A stretch of DNA of 64,000 nucleotides from an uncultured Alistipes sp. (lineage in GTDB: Bacteria; Bacteroidota; Bacteroidia; Bacteroidales; Rikenellaceae): the NCBI GenBank assembly GCA_900768045.1, contig CAAGBL010000095.1:7936-71935 (forward strand). Direction: 5' to 3'. The notes under the pieces are model-generated. The model searched no databases and was not told where the DNA came from. It saw nothing but the letters and a program-made list of their open reading frames with translations. Position 1 is the stretch's first letter. Every line of letters starts with the position of its first letter. Below are positions 19,504 to 27,177 of the stretch, piece after piece. The translations under genes and the position numbers were made by a program.

Positions 19504-20909
19504 TCGATGAGTTGTACCGGGATGCTGCCGACAACGAGGGGGCTCGAAGTAGTTTCACCTTCGACTCCTCAATCATAGAGAAGGCTTTACGCAACATTCA
19601 GTCGAAGCGTATCAACACACGCACGACTATCGATGCGGGGCTATTCTCGGAGGTGCAGCGCATTGTAAGCAACGCTATTGATATCGGCTATAATGCTCCA
19701 GCTGGCGGTAGCAGCTTCGCCCAAGAACTGAAAAACAATGCCGAGGTGTGGTCAGCGTTCAAGGTTCACCGTATGGGCAGGGATATCGCTGCTCGTATGT
19801 TAGACGAAGATGGCAACCTCAAATCGTTTGAACAGTTCAAAGCCGACACAAAGGACATCGTGGATCATCAGGTAGGGCGTTGGCTACGCACCGAATTTGA
19901 TACCGCTGTAAAGCGTGCCCATCGTGCCGCCGAGATGCGTCAATTTATGGATGAGGCTGATGTGTTCCCGAATATCGAGTGGCTGCCATCGACAGCAGTA
20001 AACCCTCGTGAGTCGCACATGCCATTCTACCACCGCATCTGGCCTATTGATGATCCATTTTGGGAGAAGCACAAACCGGGCGATGAGTGGGGCTGTCAGT
20101 GTGATTGGAGAGCAACAGACGAGGAGCCTACCGACAACACAGGCATCGGTGAGGAGAGTATCAAGCCATCAGCGGGATTGGGTGGCAACCCTGCCAGAAC
20201 AGGGCAGATATTCTCCAACGACCACCCATATTTCCCAAGCGATTGCGACCACTGTGCATTCAAGAGTGTGCAACTACGACTGTTTACCAACAAGCAGAAA
20301 AACTGCTATCAGTGCGCCAACATCATCAAGGCAATCAAGAGCGCAAAGTTGGCTCCCGTTATTGAGGAGTATGAGCGTCTGCGAGCTGATGAGAACTACA
20401 CCGATGTCAAGATTGACCGCAAGAGTGGTGGCTTGAAGGCAACTCATATCGGGCACAATATCCATAGTGAGCCAAATGAAGAGCGATTCTTCGGAGGAAA
20501 GTACTCTTCCACCGATTTGGAGTTTGAATGCCAAGAACGACTATTTAAGATGGGACATAAGGCTATACTGTGCGATGAATCCAAGGAGTATCAAGGCAAG
20601 AAATTGGCGGCTCTTGATATGGAGTTAGACGGTGTTATGATTGATATTAAGTCTATCACAGGTAACGGTTGGTACTCTCACGCATTGAGAGTTAAAAACA
20701 ATCAATTGCGCCGATACAACAATCGTCCAGATAATCCAGTCCCAGCAAGCCGAGTATGCTTATATTTCCACGAAGCAGAGTTGTTTGATGATATCAAGAT
20801 GCGAAAATCCATTTACTACTTCAAACAACATTTGGAGGGGACCTGTTACATCAAGCATATTATTTGTGTTATCAACGGAAGAGACGGCATATTGGAATAT
20901 GATGTATAA
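19497..20909 (+). CDS. MuF minor head protein with C-terminal PD-(D/E)xK (CdiA-C-like) nuclease domain
   Basis: WLRTEFDTA, PRESH, PIDDPFW..H.PGDEWGCQC (MuF); CxxC..CxxC linker; E...LDMELDGVMIDIKS toxin-like tail; only a TTG start. Confidence 0.8.
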   Translation: MVVDELYRDAADNEGARSSFTFDSSIIEKALRNIQSKRINTRTTIDAGLFSEVQRIVSNAIDIGYNAPAGGSSFAQELKNNAEVWSAFKVHRMGRDIAARMLDEDGNLKSFEQFKADTKDIVDHQVGRWLRTEFDTAVKRAHRAAEMRQFMDEADVFPNIEWLPSTAVNPRESHMPFYHRIWPIDDPFWEKHKPGDEWGCQCDWRATDEEPTDNTGIGEESIKPSAGLGGNPARTGQIFSNDHPYFPSDCDHCAFKSVQLRLFTNKQKNCYQCANIIKAIKSAKLAPVIEEYERLRADENYTDVKIDRKSGGLKATHIGHNIHSEPNEERFFGGKYSSTDLEFECQERLFKMGHKAILCDESKEYQGKKLAALDMELDGVMIDIKSITGNGWYSHALRVKNNQLRRYNNRPDNPVPASRVCLYFHEAELFDDIKMRKSIYYFKQHLEGTCYIKHIICVINGRDGILEYDV

Positions 20910-20985
20910 AGACAATCCTCCGCCCGAAAGCGGAGGATTTTGAAGCCAGTTTCCACCTATTTGCATAGAGTTAACCGGTTAAACC
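20908..20985 (-). ncRNA. Putative ~75-nt structured small RNA convergent on the MuF-toxin gene
   Basis: Promoter GTTG-N20-TATATTTG (21021-20990); stem CCGGTT/AACTGG enclosing a CTAT-GCAA-ATAG GNRA hairpin; terminator at 20914-20939. Confidence 0.5.
20914..20939. terminator. Intrinsic terminator, probably bidirectional
   Basis: AATCCTCCGC-CCGAAA-GCGGAGGATT perfect 10-bp stem with T-rich tails on both strands. Confidence 0.75.
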
Positions 20986-20989
20986 AATG

Positions 20990-21021
20990 CAAATATAGCA
21001 CAAAACATTCCAAAATACAAC
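20990..21021 (-). promoter_or_regulatory. Bacteroidetes sigma-A-type promoter pointing back at the MuF 3' end
   Basis: -7 TATATTTG (consensus TAnnTTTG) and -33 GTTG with a 20-nt spacer. Confidence 0.65.
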
Positions 21022-21051
21022 ACTTTGGAAAGAATAATTTTACAACCCTCG

Positions 21052-21079
21052 TTTGAACGCTGTTTGAACGGCATTTGAA
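21052..21079. repeat. Phased TTTGAA array 3 (11-bp period)
   Basis: TTTGAA at 21052, 21063, 21074. Confidence 0.8.
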
Positions 21080-21090
21080 TAACACTCAAA

Positions 21091-21702
21091 ATGGCAGATA
21101 GAATTGAAAAAGACATACAGCGGTTTGTGCAGGGAGTTGAACAGCTTATCAGCCGCAGACTCCCCATCTATGCGGGCAAGACTGCCACGCAGCACTTCAA
21201 GGATAACTTCACGAAAGGTGGATTTGTCAATGGGGGGCTACAACCTTGGCTTCCCTCCAAGCGTCTATCATCAGGTGGGCAAGGGGCAGACTCAAAGTAT
21301 GGAACATTGCTTTCCTCACGCAAACACTTGTATAGTTCTATCAACTACACCCCCAGCACAGCCAAAGTCACCATCTTCAACGATGTGGTCTATGCTCAAA
21401 TTCACAATGAGGGTGGCACGATTGGCATAACGCCCAAAATGAGGGGCTATGCGTGGCATCGCTATTACGAACTAACAGGCAAGGGTAAAAGTGGCTCAAA
21501 CAGCCCGAAAACAGGCAAAGAAGGCAAGAATGCCGAGCCTGTGGTGGAATCAGCGGAGGCGAAGATGTGGAAAGGGCTTGCTTTGACTAAAAAGCAGTTT
21601 GTAACAATCCCCAAACGCCAATTTATGGGACAGAGTGCCGAACTTGACGACAAGATAGCCGCATACATTGAACGAGAAGTTCTCAAAATCTTAAACTCAT
21701 AA
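21091..21702 (+). CDS. Phage virion morphogenesis protein (Mu gpG-like)
   Basis: W.PSKR, YAQIHNEGG, IPKRQFMG motifs. Confidence 0.88.
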   Translation: MADRIEKDIQRFVQGVEQLISRRLPIYAGKTATQHFKDNFTKGGFVNGGLQPWLPSKRLSSGGQGADSKYGTLLSSRKHLYSSINYTPSTAKVTIFNDVVYAQIHNEGGTIGITPKMRGYAWHRYYELTGKGKSGSNSPKTGKEGKNAEPVVESAEAKMWKGLALTKKQFVTIPKRQFMGQSAELDDKIAAYIEREVLKILNS

Positions 21703-21706
21703 AACT

Positions 21707-22159
21707 ATGGAAGAATTGTACCTGCGAATTGCAGACCGATTACAGAACAATGTCGAGGGGCTAACCCTCATCGATGAGGACACAGGGCAACTGATTGAGA
21801 GTGCCGATGGTTATCCCGTAACATTCCCTTGTGCGTTGGTTGATGTTTCAACGGTGGATTGGGCGAGTTGCCGAGGAACAGATCAGCGTGGTACCGCCTA
21901 CATCACCATCAAGCACGCCTTCGACTGCCACGAGGACACACACCTCTCCTCATATCCGTACAACCAATTTGAGCACCTAAAACGCCGAAGCGAGCAGCAC
22001 AGGCAACTATGCTCGGCATTACACGCCTACAAATTTGCGGTGGCGACCTCTGAACTCCAAAGAACACAGAGCCGACACTACACTCTATATGGGCGTATCA
22101 AGGTATATGAGGTTACTTTCAAGGTTCAGGTTGCAGACAACCTACTCGCCAGAGAATAG
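21707..22159 (+). CDS. Tail terminator/completion protein (Mu gp37-like)
   Basis: IDEDTGQL...YPVTFPCALVD motif; follows the morphogenesis gene. Confidence 0.7.
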   Translation: MEELYLRIADRLQNNVEGLTLIDEDTGQLIESADGYPVTFPCALVDVSTVDWASCRGTDQRGTAYITIKHAFDCHEDTHLSSYPYNQFEHLKRRSEQHRQLCSALHAYKFAVATSELQRTQSRHYTLYGRIKVYEVTFKVQVADNLLARE

Positions 22160-22411
22160 TCGGAGCTGGGCAGCGGTCAGTTTGGGGACCTTGACCTTTG
22201 GCATCGGTTTAATTCCTTCGTCTGGGTGTTCTCGGCAGAACTGCCTGATTATAGACATCACTCGCTCCTCGGAGATAAAGAACTCTTGTTCCGAGAGGAC
22301 TTTAATAGCATCATCAAAGCGCAGTCGTTGTACCTCCGTCCAATAATGCCAACGGCGGCACAACGCTTCATCACGCTTCTTGATTAGGTCTTTATTTCGT
22401 CCTCTCGGCAT
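22142..22411 (-). CDS. Small DNA-binding protein, candidate late activator (Mor/C-like position; start MPRGRNKDL)
   Basis: 89 aa; LSEQEFFISEERVMSII HTH-like C-terminus; last gene of the early strand. Confidence 0.55.
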   Translation of the reverse strand: MPRGRNKDLIKKRDEALCRRWHYWTEVQRLRFDDAIKVLSEQEFFISEERVMSIIRQFCREHPDEGIKPMPKVKVPKLTAAQLRLFSGE

Positions 22412-22437
22412 TTGAGTAATTTTAGGATATGAATATA

Positions 22438-22473
22438 CAAAAATAGTGGAAATCAATGCGATTCCCACTATTT
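22438..22473 (-). terminator. Early operon terminator overlapping a -7 promoter box
   Basis: AAATAGTGGGAATC-GCATT-GATTTCCACTATTT-TTG; the 3' arm contains TATTTTTG. Confidence 0.65.
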
Positions 22474-22492
22474 GCTTAACAGAATTAAGTAG

Positions 22493-23152
22493 TTACTCCT
22501 TTTTATCCATCGAGGCGAGCGACAAAGGCAAGGTTCTCTTGACTCCTTTTTCATCTTTGTAGGTTACGGAGATAAACTCCACCGACTCGACAGGCTTGTA
22601 TGCCTGTTTGATAATTTCCGCAGCGTCAATCAACTCAGAGAACCCCGACTTGCGAGCGACCTCTTGAAGTTGCAGTACTCGGCTCGCTTTCAAGTTGCCC
22701 TTCTTATCTCGGGCAAGCAACGCCATCACCATATCGGTCAAGGCTGCCAACTCCTCATTTTGCTCCATCTTCGACTTAAAGAAGTCTGTTACCTTCTGAA
22801 TGCCGACTTTGACCGTATCGTCCCACGCATCGTTAGTACGCTTGCCAAGGGTAATCGACACCATACCATCTGACGATGTAAAGGAGTTGCTATGGCGGTC
22901 TGTTTTGGTGTCGTACAACTCATCTTTGATTGAGATTAAAGTGTCGGCAGCCGTAAATACCGAGTCCTTCTCCCTACGCATCATCTCACTCACGCCCTTC
23001 ATTCGCTCGAAGGTATTGCGTACAAAATCATCAACACTCTGCTTGTAAGCATCAATGTCCTCTTGGCGTTTCTGTTTCTCGGCACGCTCAGCAGCCTCAA
23101 GCTGCGCTTTCAGTTCAGCGCGTTGTGCTGGGGTTAAATCATTTAGATTCAT
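22493..23152 (-). CDS. DUF3164-family Mu-like phage protein
   Basis: SFTSSDG, LLARDKKGNLKASRVLQL, AAEIIKQAYKP motifs. Confidence 0.8.
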   Translation of the reverse strand: MNLNDLTPAQRAELKAQLEAAERAEKQKRQEDIDAYKQSVDDFVRNTFERMKGVSEMMRREKDSVFTAADTLISIKDELYDTKTDRHSNSFTSSDGMVSITLGKRTNDAWDDTVKVGIQKVTDFFKSKMEQNEELAALTDMVMALLARDKKGNLKASRVLQLQEVARKSGFSELIDAAEIIKQAYKPVESVEFISVTYKDEKGVKRTLPLSLASMDKKE

Positions 23153-23155
23153 ATT

Positions 23156-23533
23156 CTATCTCCTTTTGGTTTTACTTTTGTTCTGTCTCTTCCTGCGTCT
23201 TTGTAGTCGGGTTAAGCGTTGCTTCTTGCGGGTTCTATTCGTTCTTTTCGGGTTAGAATGGTACCGTCTGCGATGCTGTGAGCATTTCCATAACCAAGTG
23301 GCAATTACCGCTGCCGCCATAAGTTTGTAAGCCATCTCTGCTTCTTGGGACATCTCTTTCAGCGCTGCCGCCGTACACTCATTAGGCTCAACCTCAAATG
23401 TCAGCTCTGTTGGTTCGGGGTGAATAATCTCGTTTTTCGGAGCATCATTATTAGTAAACTCAACCTCTTTAATAACCGTAAGTGGCTGCCCATTGACAAA
23501 CAACTGCCCGATGATGTTTTTCTCCTCTCCCAT
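23156..23533 (-). CDS. Hypothetical phage protein with Arg/Lys-rich C-terminus (start MGEEKN)
   Basis: ATG at 23533 follows the stop of the upstream gene. Confidence 0.55.
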   Translation of the reverse strand: MGEEKNIIGQLFVNGQPLTVIKEVEFTNNDAPKNEIIHPEPTELTFEVEPNECTAAALKEMSQEAEMAYKLMAAAVIATWLWKCSQHRRRYHSNPKRTNRTRKKQRLTRLQRRRKRQNKSKTKRR

Positions 23534-23537
23534 GGTG

Positions 23538-24182
23538 CTACTTTTTAAGCTCGCCCATAACACCTCGCTCGATGCGCTCCTGAACACGCTCTTTGCAAGC
23601 ATCAAGGAACATTTGCAAGCCCTCTACCATCTTGGCGTTCTGCTCCGATGGGAAGCGGTTGTTCAACTTCTGGTGTCGGTCAAGTAGTGCCAAAACCAAC
23701 TGCTCCGATTGAAGTCCGGGCACGACACTACCATCATCGTTCTTTTGTACGAACTGCACTACCTGTTGGGTGTCGGTGTACTGCGTCTTGCCATCAACAA
23801 AGCCGAGGCACTCTCTAATGAGGTAGCAGTGGGCACCGCCATATACCTCGTCATCGATAACCGATATCGTCTGTTCCTCGCTTGGGAATACAAGCGCATC
23901 GATAGGCTTGCCTTCGGGTTCGGGGAGGAGCTTGTAATCAGCCTTGACAAGAGCCATAATCTGCTCATCAAAATCACGATCCTTGGTAATAGTTCCGCCT
24001 ATCAGGTCAAAGAACAACCCATTCAGGATACCATGTGCTCGCCCGATGCTCGCCTTAACCTCGCCTTTGGCGTTAGGTAGCTGCTTCTTTAACTTTTCAA
24101 GTAATAGGTTGCAGAGGTAAATTCCTCTGATTCGCTCGTCCGCCAACAGACGGGCTACATCTTCTTGTGTGTACTGTATCAT
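23538..24182 (-). CDS. Tad1-like anti-defence nucleotide sponge with N-terminal extension
   Basis: C-terminal half GGAHCY...VQFVQK...GLQSEQL...LDR...RFPSEQN...ERVQERIERGVMG matches the Tad1 motif pattern as I recall it. Confidence 0.75.
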   Translation of the reverse strand: MIQYTQEDVARLLADERIRGIYLCNLLLEKLKKQLPNAKGEVKASIGRAHGILNGLFFDLIGGTITKDRDFDEQIMALVKADYKLLPEPEGKPIDALVFPSEEQTISVIDDEVYGGAHCYLIRECLGFVDGKTQYTDTQQVVQFVQKNDDGSVVPGLQSEQLVLALLDRHQKLNNRFPSEQNAKMVEGLQMFLDACKERVQERIERGVMGELKK

Positions 24183-24186
24183 ATCT

Positions 24187-24828
24187 CTATTGTATTAAAG
24201 TGAATTCATATACCCAAACCCAAGGGTTGCTTTCCCAAGTGCCTTTGCCCATAACCTTATCAATGAGGTCCGCAAATGCTTCTCTCGCAGTATTGTAATA
24301 TCCCGCAACGCTCTGCCCGTAGTCGCAGTAGAAGTAGAACATATCCGCAAATATAATGGAAGCACTATCTACCTGTTTGATGCCCTCCTTCATACAATCC
24401 TCTTCGGAAATATCTTGTAAGCGCTCACATCGTACTTTGTCAATACCTATATAGTGAGGCATAAGATTTGGAGCGACAAACATTTTGTTATCCCAGCCTT
24501 TTTGTGCGTCAGCTCTCTCTTCTCTGTATCCATCACCAACGCTCCGATACAGAATTTTGTCAGGAGCGAAAATATCACTATAACGCTGGGCAACTGCCAC
24601 CTTCTCACAAAAGTCGAATTGCGAGGTTGCAGTGGTATTATCAGAGAAATCCGCCCGTAGTGTCTTCTTTTTTATAGTTCTACCGCATACTTCCGCTACC
24701 CAATGCACCCCAGCATATTCTGCTTTTCGTGAAGGTTGGGGCTTAACCAAAGACCTTGTCATCGTCTTTTCCCCTTGTAGTACCGCAGTTGTTAAACAAT
24801 AGCGGTCATTAAACATTCGCTTCTTCAT
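24187..24828 (-). CDS. ASCH/PUA-like phage protein
   Basis: AVLQGEKTMTR, VRCERLQDISEEDC..EG, WESNPWVWVYEF motifs. Confidence 0.7.
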   Translation of the reverse strand: MKKRMFNDRYCLTTAVLQGEKTMTRSLVKPQPSRKAEYAGVHWVAEVCGRTIKKKTLRADFSDNTTATSQFDFCEKVAVAQRYSDIFAPDKILYRSVGDGYREERADAQKGWDNKMFVAPNLMPHYIGIDKVRCERLQDISEEDCMKEGIKQVDSASIIFADMFYFYCDYGQSVAGYYNTAREAFADLIDKVMGKGTWESNPWVWVYEFTLIQ

Positions 24829-25066
24829 ACTCCTCTATAAATTGATTGATTGTTGATATCTTCTCTTGTAGAGCCGTCCATTTGTCAAGTTGCTTTTCGG
24901 TGGCTTCACCGCTTTGCCTAATATCCTCCAAATGGTCATACTTCTTTTTGAGGGACTTGAATACAGGGCGTAACTCCTCGGAGATAATGCCCGCCTCCTC
25001 TGGTGTCAGGGCAAGCATTCTTTCGCTATATCCTGTACCCTTGATTGGTTCATTTATCCATTTCAT
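24809..25066 (-). CDS. Hypothetical phage protein
   Basis: 85 aa with overlapping start/stop coupling. Confidence 0.6.
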   Translation of the reverse strand: MKWINEPIKGTGYSERMLALTPEEAGIISEELRPVFKSLKKKYDHLEDIRQSGEATEKQLDKWTALQEKISTINQFIEEYEEANV

Positions 25067-25476
25067 AGAACGATATCCTTCCCGAGCCGTATCAGAGTAT
25101 GTTGTAGTTCGTGTATGGCTTGTATAGGGGCAAAATTTATCACACTTACACTCCCCGGGTCAAAACCAATGGTACATGGGAGTTTCAAACTGAGTCTTAC
25201 CGTTCCCGCATCATATAAAGAAACAAAAACTCGCGGCCCATTCAAATTTAGCATCCAACAGAGAGAATCCTTTCCAAGCGACACAAACCCGTTCTTTTCC
25301 AAGATTTCAGGCGTGATAGGTATTGGCTCGAAGTTGTCAATATGACAACATACGGAAAGCCTATTTGCCCCTGCATGGATTCTTCCATTCTCATCAATGG
25401 AGTTGATGCGCATATCCTCTTCATAGAAGCTATGGCGTACCCAATCACCGATATTAAGGGTTTTAATATCAATCAT
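25063..25476 (-). CDS. Hypothetical phage protein, paralog 2 (IGDWV...PIPIT.EILEKNGF family)
   Basis: 137 aa; similar to the neighbouring upstream gene. Confidence 0.7.
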   Translation of the reverse strand: MIDIKTLNIGDWVRHSFYEEDMRINSIDENGRIHAGANRLSVCCHIDNFEPIPITPEILEKNGFVSLGKDSLCWMLNLNGPRVFVSLYDAGTVRLSLKLPCTIGFDPGSVSVINFAPIQAIHELQHTLIRLGKDIVL

Positions 25477-25913
25477 AGCTTTATCTCTTTATGGATATTA
25501 CACATCGTTACAAATCGTTGTAGGTGATGTACGCTCTCACAGTCCATTTGGGCTACTATTGCCCATTCCTCGCAATCGGTCAATCGCTCGTAGTACAAGG
25601 TCATATAATCCTCCGAGAAGCCTCTTGTTTCAATGCGATGGGTGTCGTCAATCATTATCCGCCAATTCGCCAACGAGTCATTAGTAGTGCGCTCAAATCC
25701 GATAGCCGCCATTCTATCGGCGTTCAGTGGCAGGGGCTTTAATGATGACAAACGGGCAGAAAAGATATCACCAAATTGCGGATCTGTGAGTTCTACCATA
25801 TAAACAACCTCTTCATCAGATATGGCTGCTTTTCGGGTAATACTTCTAATCTTGCAGGGGCGAGTGTCGTACTGTACCCAATCCCCGATGGATAACTGTT
25901 TAATATCAATCAT
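25473..25913 (-). CDS. Hypothetical phage protein, paralog 1 (start MIDIKQLSIGDWV)
   Basis: Shares N-terminus, central PL/PI..GF and C-terminal H.LQ motifs with 25063-25476. Confidence 0.7.
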   Translation of the reverse strand: MIDIKQLSIGDWVQYDTRPCKIRSITRKAAISDEEVVYMVELTDPQFGDIFSARLSSLKPLPLNADRMAAIGFERTTNDSLANWRIMIDDTHRIETRGFSEDYMTLYYERLTDCEEWAIVAQMDCESVHHLQRFVTMCNIHKEIKL

Positions 25914-25935
25914 AATACTATAAAATTTGGTTAAG

Positions 25936-26018
25936 TTGTGGAGTAGAGGGGAGTCGAACCCCTCTCTGGGCAAGCTGCTTCTGCCACGCAGCCCCCGATT
26001 CCTTCGGGCGGTTACTCC
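25936..26018 (-). ncRNA. tRNA-like element B
   Basis: GGAGTA/TACTCC acceptor; CCCGA-AGGAA-TCGGG arm; GCTGC-9nt-GCAGC arm; AGGGG-TTCGACT-CCCCT T arm; 3' ACAA. Confidence 0.6.
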
Positions 26019-26020
26019 TT

Positions 26021-26104
26021 TGGGGGTGGCTGGGGAGTCGAACCCCTATCGCAATTCTTTATCTTGCAACCACATGGAAAAATGCTAATATGCCTTTACC
26101 ACCC
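26021..26104 (-). ncRNA. tRNA-like element A
   Basis: GGGTGGT/GCCACCC acceptor followed by CCA; GGGG-TTCGACT-CCCC T arm; TTGCAA-9nt-TTGCGA hairpin; no clear D arm. Confidence 0.55.
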
Positions 26105-26113
26105 ATGTCTCAC

Positions 26114-26362
26114 TTACTTCATTGGCAACCCTCCTTTCGGTTTAATTGTTACATACTCTTCTATGATGTTTAGAGCATCCTTGTAGCTTTTAGCCTTTGA
26201 TACCTTGTGCCGCATCTCTGCGTTGATAAGGGTGGCATTCCTCATAGACAATGAACCTCCCGCAAAGCCAAGCCTCTCAATAGCCTTGTTCGCCTCTAAT
26301 AGTACGCAGAAGATATTGCCTTGTGGTCCATTAAAATCAATTTCAATAGTTGGCTTACTCAT
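26114..26362 (-). CDS. Hypothetical phage protein
   Basis: 82 aa; IDFNGPQGNIF...SYKDALNIIEEYV motif. Confidence 0.65.
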   Translation of the reverse strand: MSKPTIEIDFNGPQGNIFCVLLEANKAIERLGFAGGSLSMRNATLINAEMRHKVSKAKSYKDALNIIEEYVTIKPKGGLPMK

Positions 26363-26363
26363 A

Positions 26364-26828
26364 CTAACTCGGTAACTGATGACGATTAGGGTTGAAAAAT
26401 ATGGGTATCGGACCTCGTACCTTGGGTTTGCGTAGTATCGCTTCGAGCTTCGGAATTAGAGCCTCCAACTCATCTATTGTCAAGAGACCAAATGGCTTTC
26501 CTGAAATGCGGGGGTTCATACAAAACTTATTGACCGCCGCAAAGGTCTTATCTGAGGTATCAACACCGAGACGCTGCATACGGTTCAGAACCGCCGAGCG
26601 AGCTTTGCGCAACCTTGCCTGATATGCTTCGCTGCTCTCACCCCTCTGCTTGCCTGATTGGAGACAGTCGCACATATCTTCGTACTCGGCAATGGTCATC
26701 TCCCGTAACGAGGAGGTACGCCCATCAGTGAACTGCGACACCAGAACCTCCTTGTGCTGTTCGAGGTCGATGTGCTTCTCCTTTGCCAAGGCGTAGAACC
26801 TTGAATAGTTGCGTTTTCTCTTACTCAT
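26364..26828 (-). CDS. GemA/Mu gp16-like protein
   Basis: GRTSSLREMT..EY and L..LT.DEL..LI.KLEAI motifs in a Mu-like early operon. Confidence 0.65.
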   Translation of the reverse strand: MSKRKRNYSRFYALAKEKHIDLEQHKEVLVSQFTDGRTSSLREMTIAEYEDMCDCLQSGKQRGESSEAYQARLRKARSAVLNRMQRLGVDTSDKTFAAVNKFCMNPRISGKPFGLLTIDELEALIPKLEAILRKPKVRGPIPIFFNPNRHQLPS

Positions 26829-27174
26829 AGCGCTCTAATTCTTGTGCCCCTGCTGGGCGGTTTTCGGGTGTTATCGTTGTATCAATGAATACAGGCATCT
26901 GACACTGTTTTGCCACAGCCAACTCTATCTTTGCCCCCTCACTTTCCAAATAATCAGGCAAGAGGTATATGGCATCACATCGAAGCAGTATCGAAATATC
27001 CTTGCCCATCTGGTCCTCCCACGCTGCATCCCAAGGCAAACCATTGTCAAGTGGGTTTTTCGGTTCTAACCCGAAGCGCTTTACTTTCGCGCACGCTCTT
27101 TGGAACTTTGATATTACTTCCGAAATCGGCAACCCTGATATCTTGCCGCTGATATAAATTGTTTTGATTTCCAT
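26821..27174 (-). CDS. DUF4406 / nucleoside 2-deoxyribosyltransferase-like protein
   Basis: IYISGKISGL, NP, CDAIYLLPDY..SEGAKIE motifs. Confidence 0.85.
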   Translation of the reverse strand: MEIKTIYISGKISGLPISEVISKFQRACAKVKRFGLEPKNPLDNGLPWDAAWEDQMGKDISILLRCDAIYLLPDYLESEGAKIELAVAKQCQMPVFIDTTITPENRPAGAQELERYE

Positions 27175-27177
27175 AGC

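Noticed and set aside
20760..21167. Minus-strand ORFs 20760-20966 and 20979-21167 as immunity proteins
   Set aside because: They overlap real genes antisense, cross a terminator or promoter, and lack protein-like character; not excluded experimentally.
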